A stretch of 54,837 nt of DNA from a virus. Taxonomy: Duplodnaviria > Caudoviricetes. The position numbers and the translations under genes are program-made. This document shows, one piece after another, positions 27,201-36,383 of the stretch. The stretch is taken from positions 1 through 54,837 of IMG/VR virus record IMGVR_UViG_3300021560_000021; one strand, written 5' to 3'. The notes beneath the pieces were generated by a model. It had not been told where the DNA came from and did not search any database. It saw only the letters and a program-made list of their open reading frames with translations. Position 1 is the stretch's first letter. Every line of letters begins with the position of its first letter.

Positions 27201-30200
27201 CGCCCAGCCACTCACATCCAGCGTGTTGTTGTAAAAATGGAAGATGCCGTTGGTTGATGTAGTGGTATTCGTGGTGTTCTGACAGATCACAGCAACCGGT
27301 CCAGCACCGCCCTTTATGCGTATCGTATTGTTGTACGCGGTGAGAATCTTGCCGTTGACCGGATCGGACAGCATCATACCATGCAGGTTCGTGCCGTCGT
27401 AAATCTGTTCGATGTAGTTGTTGCGGATCGTCAGGTTGCCGTTGTTGACCGTCTGGATACCGTCATTATGCCCGTTGGAATTGGAATTCCGCATAATGAT
27501 CGTGTTGCCATCAACCAAGATGGCATCGTCAACCGTATTGCCTTGGATGTATATGCCATCCGTCTGATCGGTGAAGCTGGCGCCGTTCGCGCCACCGCTA
27601 TCTGCCGTGTCAACGTAATTGCTCGAGATCAGGATGCCGGAGCTTCCCGCTCCGGTAATGTTACGAATGTCAAAGGCGCACGAATGTCCGTTGTTGTTCG
27701 TACCGCCAACGTGGACCTTGCAACCTTGTACAACAACGCCGTTCATCACGCCGGAGTTGCCGTTGATCCACACGCAGTCAAAACCAGAACCGGGATTTTG
27801 CAGCGTGAGATTGTATACACCGATGTAACTGCGGCTGATTATATCGAGGCAATCCCGGCCCGCAGACTGACCGTCGATTATGACGGTTCCATTGTGCCCG
27901 GCATCGGTGCCGGCGGTAATTATGATCGAATTTCCCGATGTACCGCTTTTGCCGATGGTCAGCGTCTCATTGTACGTCTGCGAAGCTGCGCCGCCAGAGA
28001 TATAAATCGTATCACCGGCCGCAACGCTGGCCCAAACGATGTTTGACAGGTTTTTCCACGCACCGGCCCACGACGTTCCGGCGCCGCTGGTAGCAACCGA
28101 ATTGTCAACGTACCACTTCGCGCCTGCCCCAATTGGTACACTAGGCGCCGTCCTTGCTATGATCGACAGGACGCTATTCGAGATGGCAAACGCGTTATAG
28201 CCATAGCTTGACACATGGCCGGAGCCATTGTCGGCATAGTACTGCTGTTCGTTGACCCACGGCAGATAAAACTCGTTGCCACCAAATGCCAGATGGTTCA
28301 TCCATCCGCCCGGTGAGCCGGTACCACCACCAGAGGTCAACTGCGCGGGATTTGGCGTGACATCGGCGCCGTAATTCGTCGCCGTCAGGATGTACATGTA
28401 CTGCGGCGTGGACGTGTAGTCGGCCGGATCAGGCAGCGACGAAAGCTGCACCGTCCACTTCAACACGCCATCGAGGTAGAAATTGATCAGCGTGTTGGTC
28501 CACTCGATTGCATACTCGTGCTGGCCGGACGCATCAAATGGAATGGAGGACCACAACTCGCCGCCTGTACTCTGCGCAACGCCGAAGTTGACCACCTGTC
28601 CGTTGGAGTTGGAGTCAACGCGAATGTCGATCTCCGGCGGCCAGTGATAAATCTCCCATGCTTCAAGGCACCACTGGAAACTGATCCCCGGCGTGGTATC
28701 GACCGCCGCACTGACCGCCCAGTACCCGTACTGCTGCGTAAACGAGTTGACGGTATGCAACAGCGTACCGACAAACGGCAGGTTGGTACCGGCCTGTAGG
28801 TTGATGTAGTTCTGATAGGCCGCAGGCGTCGGCAACACGCCAAGATGCATCTGCCCGCCTGAAATGGAATACAGCCCGGCGATCGGCGTGGATGGGTTAT
28901 TCGGATTGGTCCACCACTGCGAACCGCTTTCATTGTTGTTTGGGCCGCCGCGTCCATCCGGCGTAGCTGGCGTACAAAAGCCGAAGTTATCACCAGCCGT
29001 CCAAGCACGATGCGTCAACCATGGTTCGGTTGCAGTGAAGTCATCGTTGAACGTCGTCGGCACTGATGTACCGGTCGCCCATACCCACCAGCCGCCCGAT
29101 GTGTTGCGCTGATGGATTTGATTATTGTACCACAACAGCAGGTTGACATTCTGCGTCGAAGTATCGGTTGTACCGCCGTGTTGTATCTGATTGCCCTGCG
29201 TCGCCGACGCCACCAGAGTCCACGGCGTGACATTCTGATCATACAGCACGTCACCCGGCCCGGTGATCGACGCACCGTTGGCCGACGTGGTGATGCGCGG
29301 ATCACTTGCCGGTACAACCGCCGTGCCGTTCCACACATTCCAGCCCGAAGCGGTCTGCTGATAGACCGTGTGGTTGTGGTAGTACAACTCCAACGTCGTG
29401 GTCGCGGAGCCTTGCACTGTACCGTTGTAAATGATGTTGCCGTTGGCGCCGGTCAGCGACCATGTATCAAAAGGACCGGACGATGCAGTGCCCGGCGTAC
29501 GCGAGGCGAGTATGATGCCACCGGCATCCACCAGCGTTGTACCTTCCGGCGACTCGCTCTGCGCGGGGATCGGCGATCCCACGCTGCCATTCCATGCGTT
29601 GTTCTGCCATGCCCACCAGCCGGGGTTATTGCCAAGGCTATCGGTGCTGTTGGCCTGCTGGTACACCGTGTGGTTGTGATAGTACAACTGCACAATGTTG
29701 CGCGTTGACATATCAACTGTGCCGTTGACGGCAATGCGAAATCCGTTGCCGTCATTCAAATTGACCAGCGTCCACGCGTTAAGCTGTGCATCGTAAATGA
29801 CTGTGGCACCAGTGGTCACGGCGGTAATCAATTGATCAGGCGGCTGCGACGGCGCACCGGTACCGCCACCGCCACCCGGCGACGGTGTGCTCATGGTCGC
29901 GCCCGTGAATGCCGCGCACTGATTGCCGTACGGAGTCTTCGTGTTGCCGTTGGTATTGACCAGGGTATCAGCGTCGGTATTGCCACCAGCACCGGCCGGC
30001 GGCACATAGCCGTACCAACTCCAAAGCCACGGGAACGCCCCGCAGAAATTGCTCGGCTGATTCGTCGTCAGATCAATGAAGGCTTGTACGCATGCATACT
30101 TGCCGTTGATGATCTTGTCATCCGATGGGACGCTGGCACCCGACGTAGAGTTGCCGCCTTCGCCCATGAGCACCGGCATGACGCCATCGGCCGAATGCGC

Positions 30201-32294
30201 GTAGTTCTGCCACTGGTTGATCCAGCTATGGATGTTGTTATAGTAATCCTGCATCGTCGCGGCGCTGCCGAACGCCCACGGGTACATGTGGATGTTCCAG
30301 CCGACATTCGTCCATGTCGAATAGATGGCGGCGTTGATCGAATTGAAGCCGTTGTAGTTGCCGTTCTCCGACTCAAAGAAGATCAGGCTGTTGTTGCCGG
30401 CACCACGAATGGCATTGTAGATCGCCTGATGGCAGTTGCCCGAGTTGTACACCTCGTTTTCAGTGGTCCAAATGACCATCGGCTGCTGCGCATAGTGCGT
30501 CGCCATGCGCGTGTACCAAGCGCAGGAATTGGTCAGATCAGTACCCGAGCGGACCTGCGGCTGCCCGGGTACATAGTCGGACAGCATGACGACGAAGCCT
30601 TTGGCAATGGCATCATCGACCCATGCGAAGATCGCTGCGTCCGGTTGCGCGCTCGCGTAGCCGTTGCCGTCCGCGCCGACCGCAAGGTTGATCGCATTGC
30701 AGTTCGGAAATAGCTGCTTGACCAGCGACGCCGGCACCGAGGACATCATGCCGTCAAGCACCGCCACGCCGTAAATGGTGAACGGCTGACCACCGCGCAG
30801 CACCCGCCCGCCGCTGACCGACCATGCACCAGTTGGCGCGGTCGTGACCGACGCCGTGCCGGTTTTGATCTGTGTGCCGTACGCAGTCAGCGCGCCGTTG
30901 CTCTGCTGCGTCAGCATGTTGCCCATATGCGCGGCGGCCTGATTGCCGGGGATGTAATAGATGTACGCAGCATAGCCGTTGAAGTGCGTCGGCGCGTAAT
31001 CCAGTACAACCTGTACCGCCTGTGTGCCGCCGGCATCGGCATTGACGGTTGCAGTTGAATTGCCAAACTCGCCAACGATCACCGGAAGCGCGGTGAAGGC
31101 GAGTATGCTGGCGATGTCAGAGACAAGCTGATTGAGGTTGGTTGTGTAATCCGTGCTGTACGACGTGCGGCCGTTGTAATAGTGCATATTCCAAAAGACG
31201 TTGGTCCACGACTTGTACCGACCATCGTTGATCAGACCGGTCGGCGAGTAGCCGCCGATCGGGTCCAATCCGATCGGCGCGGCGTTGCCGGCACCGCGGA
31301 TTGCGTTGTACACCGCCTGATGTTCATCGGACACTTGGCCTGTGCCGTTCTGCGGCGCAGACATCGTGTTGAACCAAACCAGCGGATTAGACTTCCACTT
31401 GGTCGCAAGCTGGGTAAACCAACTGATCATCGTCGGGTCATTGGCGCCCAACGAATTCGTGGCGTTGTAATTGCACAGCACAACGACGATGCCGAGTGCG
31501 GTCAGCCAGTTGATTGCGTTGATGATCGTCGTGTCGTTGATCGTCGCGGTGTAGCCGCTCTTGCATATGATGCGCACAAAGTTGCAGCCGGGGAAGTTGG
31601 CCAGCAACGGCGTGCAGTTGGAGTTGGCAACCACGGTGCCGACCGTGGTATCAAGTACGCAGATACCATTGGCGACGAATTTGATCCCGGCATTGTCAAC
31701 GACGAAGCCATTTGACATGCGGAAGGGTGGCACATAGACATAAGCACTGGACGACGGTGCGGTTGCCGGCGCCTGTGGCGTCACTGTACCGACCGGCATG
31801 GTTGTCGGCACGCCAGGATCAGGCTGATTCCACGTGACGACGGTGGTGCCGTTCCACTGATACCAACGAAAGCCTTTGGCCATCTGCGCCCATAATTGGC
31901 CGTTGACCACACGGATGGAATCAACGAAATCGCCATTGACCGACGTGGAGATTTTGATCTGCTGGCCGTTGCGCGTGAGCGCACCCGCCGGCCATGCTAT
32001 GCCATAGTACGTGTTGGCCGGCGTCATCATCGGCAACGTCCACACGTCGCCATTGGCATCGGTGACCGAGCTTGGTCCGCCGGCCTGCGCGCTGACCGGA
32101 GTTATGTCGTTGGCATTGAGTACGGTCAGGTAGCCTTGGTATTCCTCATTGCTCAAATTCGTCCAGTTCATCGCGCACTCGACTTGGTTGACATCGAGTG
32201 TCACGGGCAACGGAATAGTCGCGCCAGTGCCCGGCTGCAACGGCGGCAGGTTGTAAATGTTGCACTTGGCAGGAAGGGTCGTCGTACCGGACAT
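24255..32294 (-). CDS. Giant multi-domain glycoside hydrolase (2x GH5-like, 2x GH16-like, right-handed beta-helix, cadherin-like, C-terminal clan GH-A domain)
   Basis: 2679 aa; ENEV/GEGG, GEFG, WPPEIDI, GELDVVE, HNDGIQ beta-helix, GNEW/TEYN motifs. Confidence 0.85.
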   Translation of the reverse strand: MSGTTTLPAKCNIYNLPPLQPGTGATIPLPVTLDVNQVECAMNWTNLSNEEYQGYLTVLNANDITPVSAQAGGPSSVTDANGDVWTLPMMTPANTYYGIAWPAGALTRNGQQIKISTSVNGDFVDSIRVVNGQLWAQMAKGFRWYQWNGTTVVTWNQPDPGVPTTMPVGTVTPQAPATAPSSSAYVYVPPFRMSNGFVVDNAGIKFVANGICVLDTTVGTVVANSNCTPLLANFPGCNFVRIICKSGYTATINDTTIINAINWLTALGIVVVLCNYNATNSLGANDPTMISWFTQLATKWKSNPLVWFNTMSAPQNGTGQVSDEHQAVYNAIRGAGNAAPIGLDPIGGYSPTGLINDGRYKSWTNVFWNMHYYNGRTSYSTDYTTNLNQLVSDIASILAFTALPVIVGEFGNSTATVNADAGGTQAVQVVLDYAPTHFNGYAAYIYYIPGNQAAAHMGNMLTQQSNGALTAYGTQIKTGTASVTTAPTGAWSVSGGRVLRGGQPFTIYGVAVLDGMMSSVPASLVKQLFPNCNAINLAVGADGNGYASAQPDAAIFAWVDDAIAKGFVVMLSDYVPGQPQVRSGTDLTNSCAWYTRMATHYAQQPMVIWTTENEVYNSGNCHQAIYNAIRGAGNNSLIFFESENGNYNGFNSINAAIYSTWTNVGWNIHMYPWAFGSAATMQDYYNNIHSWINQWQNYAHSADGVMPVLMGEGGNSTSGASVPSDDKIINGKYACVQAFIDLTTNQPSNFCGAFPWLWSWYGYVPPAGAGGNTDADTLVNTNGNTKTPYGNQCAAFTGATMSTPSPGGGGGTGAPSQPPDQLITAVTTGATVIYDAQLNAWTLVNLNDGNGFRIAVNGTVDMSTRNIVQLYYHNHTVYQQANSTDSLGNNPGWWAWQNNAWNGSVGSPIPAQSESPEGTTLVDAGGIILASRTPGTASSGPFDTWSLTGANGNIIYNGTVQGSATTTLELYYHNHTVYQQTASGWNVWNGTAVVPASDPRITTSANGASITGPGDVLYDQNVTPWTLVASATQGNQIQHGGTTDTSTQNVNLLLWYNNQIHQRNTSGGWWVWATGTSVPTTFNDDFTATEPWLTHRAWTAGDNFGFCTPATPDGRGGPNNNESGSQWWTNPNNPSTPIAGLYSISGGQMHLGVLPTPAAYQNYINLQAGTNLPFVGTLLHTVNSFTQQYGYWAVSAAVDTTPGISFQWCLEAWEIYHWPPEIDIRVDSNSNGQVVNFGVAQSTGGELWSSIPFDASGQHEYAIEWTNTLINFYLDGVLKWTVQLSSLPDPADYTSTPQYMYILTATNYGADVTPNPAQLTSGGGTGSPGGWMNHLAFGGNEFYLPWVNEQQYYADNGSGHVSSYGYNAFAISNSVLSIIARTAPSVPIGAGAKWYVDNSVATSGAGTSWAGAWKNLSNIVWASVAAGDTIYISGGAASQTYNETLTIGKSGTSGNSIIITAGTDAGHNGTVIIDGQSAGRDCLDIISRSYIGVYNLTLQNPGSGFDCVWINGNSGVMNGVVVQGCKVHVGGTNNNGHSCAFDIRNITGAGSSGILISSNYVDTADSGGANGASFTDQTDGIYIQGNTVDDAILVDGNTIIMRNSNSNGHNDGIQTVNNGNLTIRNNYIEQIYDGTNLHGMMLSDPVNGKILTAYNNTIRIKGGAGPVAVICQNTTNTTTSTNGIFHFYNNTLDVSGWAFSMGSPNAASEFKNNIIACSGASSFAFVTNGWTPTAVGQIDYNDVYLTNGAAFSSGATTGWNPNGQSGNPNFINASSYPANNYALGAGSAALNHGLTIPVVTTDATGLGRPQGTAYDIGAFEGSGAPVSVINPAGQPWNSGCITSCREINGGPEPGLYAFNHGYCEGRIQMPKGGPANGGPGTWGALVLYPLSVHTGGTVTYPPGELDVVELLGGSPGVVRQSIHSGVAGASHENDYTGVADVSLAFHTYGVELTGSTITFWFDNVQTYQQAMPSDIAANLWYINCVLAIGGPTSWSGAPAVTTPTTTNVMQVDYIGVWASRAAAYSGTGGTLNKSAAQFLDDFAGTTIPSATPGIGSITDINGAVWTVTSAGVVQKNGANAGFSSNVTRIVYVNNVIWQTNAAGNWYYWTEPNIWTQGSDPTAATASNITFDGAQSVAGGNGSGAHIDYIRAYAARPAGAGTGTYHWVGEAGDPRLASQTVTDILLDNQTVTAGSPASTVVGNIVVVTSSGQFTGTFGALGGSNAANFKIVNSQLQTAGALTAGTNSVSITAQLTNGSTVTKSFTIQIAPATATGSVALTSVIKGFSRYNFGLSTGALADNKFAALANSSVVSSLAQIRPTLLRINADQYIARNFGTDNTVMNAWWANATSFMDPSYRLIMGVGPLTGQEVLSPSQWASLVGTFAQAEKTAGHEIIYWSVGNEWPSDVDTYSAYFNAIADTLHGINAAYKVGATEGLSWNAPDIAAFLVDSAGKVDFFCFHSYPVAPADTNAQIYAKAIGFTDVASVRAKLVNTAAADIPIMMTEYNGNAAQNSGAFGLPWQGTYVGAVYNALLLSAAHKSDFNFTGAAMWDALYDDYYGAVGNKQLASDPTKIDPAGYYLGKAGQVMSGNQVSASTSLTSVDILFTVNAKAFAAQIVNYDVAAAKTLNLSVLGGAISGTVARWEIGKANPTTPLIGTQASMSSIALPSEQIVLLTGALA

Positions 32295-32300
32295 AAAATC

Positions 32301-32474
32301 TTATTCCTTGGCTGTGTCCGATTGCAAAACCGCCTGTTGTTGCCGCCACGCATCGCCGCGTGCGCCACCGCTGCCATGCGGATCATGTTCGGAATAGTGC
32401 GCATCGTGACAGCCATTATCCGGCGGCGGCAGTGGTTGGATTGGCTTGTTCTGTTGTACAGGTTGATCGGACAT
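32301..32474 (-). CDS. Hypothetical 57-aa protein (MSDQPVQQNKP...)
   Basis: Translated by hand; AAGGA RBS; exactly fills the gap between the two glycanase genes. Confidence 0.55.
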   Translation of the reverse strand: MSDQPVQQNKPIQPLPPPDNGCHDAHYSEHDPHGSGGARGDAWRQQQAVLQSDTAKE

Positions 32475-32486
32475 GGATTTGCTTCC

Positions 32487-35345
32487 TTACTTCATCATCC
32501 CACGGATGACCGTGCCGTAGTCGGTCAGCACCGAGAAATCAAACGGCGCTGCAAGAAGCAGGTCCGCCGTTGACGTATCCCAGTTCGCGTACCAAGCAGC
32601 GAAACCATTCGGCAAGGCGCCAACCTGATTCATCACGTCCATCCAATTGGCGTCACGTGTCGCGCCATCAGTGCTGTCACCGAATTCAAAGCAGAACGGT
32701 GCAATAGCTCCCTGTTGGTTGTTGAAGATCAGAAGTTGGTTGAGCAGCGATTGCAGCGAGATACCGTTGGCCGGCTGCCAGCCGTAATAGTGGTAATCCC
32801 AACCTGCATTCGTCATGGTGGAGAAGTTGCTGGCCGTCATGCCGGGCGGATTGTCGCCCATTGAACATAGCACCGGATTGGTATTGCCAGTGTTGCGCAC
32901 GGCATCGTACATCGCGCGCATCATGTTGGAGATACCCGCCGCGTCACCGTGCGGCTCATTCTGCGTACCGAACCACACGTACGGATTCGACTGGAATGTT
33001 GTCGCCCATTCAGCGAGCCAGTTGCACGCATCAGTCAATGCCTGACCGGTCGCATAATTGCCCGTGTAGTGTACTTCGGCGTACACGATGATCTTGTTGG
33101 AAGTCAGATCGTTGACCCAATTACGCACCGTTGCATCGGTTGCAGGATGCGATGCGTTGGCCAGTGACGTGGCGTACAAGTCGGCGAAGCGTACGAGGTT
33201 GATCAGCGGGAAGGCGCGCTTCAACGCACCAGACGAGAACCGGCCAAGGTCCATTGAACCGCCGCCGCTGCCCCATGGCCGACGATAGATGCAGTTGATA
33301 CCCTGCGCATGAAACACAAGGCCATTTGGATCAGTAACGCGGCCGTTCGCAAGCAGGAAGCGACCCGAAGCCGGCGGCGCTGGTGCCGAGGGATCACCGC
33401 TGATCTGCGTCCACGTGACGACGCCGGGCGAGGTCGTATTGGACATCCACCAGCCGACACCGTTCGGTGCCGAGGCGTAGGGCGCGGACTGCGCAATCTC
33501 GCCGCCAACCTTTTCGATCACCGTGACGTTTTGCGTGCTGGTCTGTACCTGCCACGTTGTTGTACCTGCCGGCAGCCAGTCGATTTGCCCGTTGGCGTCG
33601 ATCCGCCAGCTATCACCGTCATTGTCGATCAACACGGCGCTTGTACCGCCAGCAACCGCAGTCGCTTTGGCGTACTCGGGCGACGGGCCGCCCGGTGTTG
33701 GCGGTGGCGGTACAACGACGCGCGGATCACCGGCAATCAGTACCCAGCCCTTCGTCACCGGATTCCACTGTGCCCACTGTCCGCCGGCCGTCTCGTAATA
33801 GACGATGCCATTGTGCAAAAGCAGAGCTTGCAGGTTGTGCGTATTGGTATCGGGCACACCGTTCTGTGCCGCCTGCATACCATCGGCCGCCTGTACCAAC
33901 GTCCATGTGATGCCTTGCGGATCAACGAAGGACTGCGCAGCACCAGTGACGGTTGTACCTTCCGGCGATTCCTGCTTACCGGCGGCAACCAAGGTCACCG
34001 TGGATAGCTGCGACGGCACACCGGAACTGGCGGCATTGGATGCGACAACCTGTACATCCCACACACTACCCGGCGGACTGAGGCCGGTCACGGTCGCGCT
34101 GTTGGTTTGTACCTGCGCGCCGATGTTTACCCACGCACCACCGGCATGCGGGCGGTACTGTGCCTGATAGAAGATCGGCGCGTCACCGGTCGCCGATAGC
34201 GTCCACGTCAAGGTAAAGCCGGACTGCGTTGTGTTGGTCGGCTGTACATTGGTCGGCGCCGATGGCGGGATCGCTGTACCGGATGCCGTATTCAACTGAT
34301 TGGTCTGCGAGGTTGCCGAGCCGCCGGTATTGCTGGCGACAACCTGTACGATGTACGGCGTTGCCGGTAGCAGCCCGGTCATGTTCAACGTGGTGCCGGT
34401 GATCGGCGCACCATAGTTGGCAAAAGCGTTCGCGCCGGTACGGTACTGCACCTGATAGGTTGGCGTCGGCAGACCGGTGGCCGATGGTGCCCATGTCACG
34501 GTCGCCGATGACGCCGTGATGTTGGTAAACTGCGGCTGCCCCGGTGCGGATGGCGCGGTCGCCGTCTGTGCAAGCTGACGCGTGATGAAGGTCGTGGTCG
34601 TGGTCGTCACGCTGTTGATCGCGTCCACTGTCAAATCGTACGTCTGACCGCCCAACAAATTGACAACGGTGACCGGACCCTGACTGACCGGACTGCCGAA
34701 CGGTGTCCAAGTGGACGCGCCGTTGATCCGGTATTTCGGCTGATAGGTGATCGGCGTTGAGCCGGACGCTGAATTGGTCCAATTGAGGACCAACGTGCTG
34801 ATCTGAATGTTGGTCGCGGTGATGTTGGTCACGGGCGACGGTGGCGTACCAACCGGCAACGTCTGAATGGTCACGCTCGGCGAGTTGGAGTTACCGGCGT
34901 TGTTGGACGCGTTGATGTAGAAATCATAATTTGTGAAGGCGGCCAGACCGGTCACCGTTTCCGACGTGCCGCTCTGCGGTGGTCCGTACGGCACATAGTT
35001 GTTGCCGGAGCCGGACTGACGGTACATCACTTGGTAAAAAATCGAGCCGGAGCCGGATGCGGACGGCGACCAGTTCAGTACAATCGAGCCTGACGTAACC
35101 GTACCCGGTGTCGGATTGCCCGGCGCTGACGGTGCCCGCGTCGCCGTGGTGAAGGTGACGATCTGCGATGTTGTTGCGCCTGATTCGTCAACAGCGAGGA
35201 TATCAAGGTCGTATGTGCGATTGGCCTGCAACCCTGTCAGCACGTCATTCAAATCGGTTGTCGGCTCGCCGAATTCGGTCCATGGCGCATTCTGCGCGGT
35301 CGTGTGCAGCCGATACCGCACTGTGTAGATCGCAGGGGAGGCCAT
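32487..35345 (-). CDS. FN3-repeat protein with C-terminal GH5-like glycoside hydrolase
   Basis: Five FN3 units (first lacks its N-terminal strands); TQNEPHG acid/base; WDYHYY; CFEFGD nucleophile. Confidence 0.85.
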   Translation of the reverse strand: MASPAIYTVRYRLHTTAQNAPWTEFGEPTTDLNDVLTGLQANRTYDLDILAVDESGATTSQIVTFTTATRAPSAPGNPTPGTVTSGSIVLNWSPSASGSGSIFYQVMYRQSGSGNNYVPYGPPQSGTSETVTGLAAFTNYDFYINASNNAGNSNSPSVTIQTLPVGTPPSPVTNITATNIQISTLVLNWTNSASGSTPITYQPKYRINGASTWTPFGSPVSQGPVTVVNLLGGQTYDLTVDAINSVTTTTTTFITRQLAQTATAPSAPGQPQFTNITASSATVTWAPSATGLPTPTYQVQYRTGANAFANYGAPITGTTLNMTGLLPATPYIVQVVASNTGGSATSQTNQLNTASGTAIPPSAPTNVQPTNTTQSGFTLTWTLSATGDAPIFYQAQYRPHAGGAWVNIGAQVQTNSATVTGLSPPGSVWDVQVVASNAASSGVPSQLSTVTLVAAGKQESPEGTTVTGAAQSFVDPQGITWTLVQAADGMQAAQNGVPDTNTHNLQALLLHNGIVYYETAGGQWAQWNPVTKGWVLIAGDPRVVVPPPPTPGGPSPEYAKATAVAGGTSAVLIDNDGDSWRIDANGQIDWLPAGTTTWQVQTSTQNVTVIEKVGGEIAQSAPYASAPNGVGWWMSNTTSPGVVTWTQISGDPSAPAPPASGRFLLANGRVTDPNGLVFHAQGINCIYRRPWGSGGGSMDLGRFSSGALKRAFPLINLVRFADLYATSLANASHPATDATVRNWVNDLTSNKIIVYAEVHYTGNYATGQALTDACNWLAEWATTFQSNPYVWFGTQNEPHGDAAGISNMMRAMYDAVRNTGNTNPVLCSMGDNPPGMTASNFSTMTNAGWDYHYYGWQPANGISLQSLLNQLLIFNNQQGAIAPFCFEFGDSTDGATRDANWMDVMNQVGALPNGFAAWYANWDTSTADLLLAAPFDFSVLTDYGTVIRGMMK

Positions 35346-35349
35346 TTGA

Positions 35350-35823
35350 TCAGCTTCCTACTTGGTACGGCGACCACGATACCGATACTGCGGTGTCGCT
35401 GATTACAGTCACCGCGACGTTGATCGGACGTGGGGGCGGCTGGTCTAATTCGGTTTGTGGCTGTGTGATGTACTTGGTTTGCGCCGGCTTGTACGCGCCG
35501 TACACCGTCATCAGCGTAAAGCTTGCAGTGAATTGCCGTGTATTCTGATTGGCTGTGGACGAGTAGCCTTGCAGTTCAACAACGCCCGGCGTCTGCACCG
35601 CGCGCATCTGAATGGCGATGTCCCGTGTGTTTGCCGTGCCTACACCGAGTACTTCATTCAGCCAATCCATCCCATCGGACGTATCAAGAAACCACTGTCC
35701 GGTCCAAAGCCGCAGACGCGTGGCGACCGCTTGAGCCACCGCTTCCGGTTGATCAATGTAGAAATCATTCTGACCGCGACCGAAGACAAAATCCCCGGTC
35801 GGACTGAGCTTGCGGTACCTCAT
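35350..35823 (-). CDS. Baseplate gp25/gp46-like wedge protein with FN3-like C-terminal tail
   Basis: MRYRKL...GDFVFG...EAVAQAVATRLRLWTGQWFLDT..G. Confidence 0.85.
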   Translation of the reverse strand: MRYRKLSPTGDFVFGRGQNDFYIDQPEAVAQAVATRLRLWTGQWFLDTSDGMDWLNEVLGVGTANTRDIAIQMRAVQTPGVVELQGYSSTANQNTRQFTASFTLMTVYGAYKPAQTKYITQPQTELDQPPPRPINVAVTVISDTAVSVSWSPYQVGS

Positions 35824-36359
35824 GCGACCATTGCCGGCTTCAATACGCCGCCCAGCACTTCGGCGATGGCGCGACAGATCGCAGTGAAGTTTTTGTGGTA
35901 CAGCTCCGCATCGGCGTACGAATCAACGAAGCAAACTTCGATCAGTACTGCCGGCATTTCGGTCATGTTGAGAAAGTACAAATCGTCGCGGAACTTGGAG
36001 CCGCGATTGATGAAGCCACCAGCATCATGCAACGCGGCACAAAACGCATTCGCCAGACCAAGATCAGTCAGGTAGCAGCATTCGGTGCCCATCGGATCGG
36101 GCGTAGTCTGGAATGCGTTGAAGTGTACCGAGACATCCAGACTGCGGTCGTGTGCATTGTGGAAACCGACGATGGTTTCAAGGTTTGTCTGCTGATCAGT
36201 GCTGGTATCGTCGTGGAAGGTCAGCACTTCAACGCCGCTGTGGTTCAGTTCAACCGCCACCTGATCAACCACGTTGCGGGCTTCGTCCACTTCGACAAGG
36301 TAGCCTGACGCACCGGGCACGTGCTTACCGTGCCCGCTGGATATGATCACAGCGACCAT
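35820..36359 (-). CDS. N-acetylmuramoyl-L-alanine amidase (Amidase_3), probable endolysin
   Basis: SSGHG...E, SVHFNA and LIEVCFVDS Zn-binding/catalytic motifs. Confidence 0.92.
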   Translation of the reverse strand: MVAVIISSGHGKHVPGASGYLVEVDEARNVVDQVAVELNHSGVEVLTFHDDTSTDQQTNLETIVGFHNAHDRSLDVSVHFNAFQTTPDPMGTECCYLTDLGLANAFCAALHDAGGFINRGSKFRDDLYFLNMTEMPAVLIEVCFVDSYADAELYHKNFTAICRAIAEVLGGVLKPAMVA

Positions 36360-36383
36360 GACGTTTACCCTTTGGTTGTTGAA

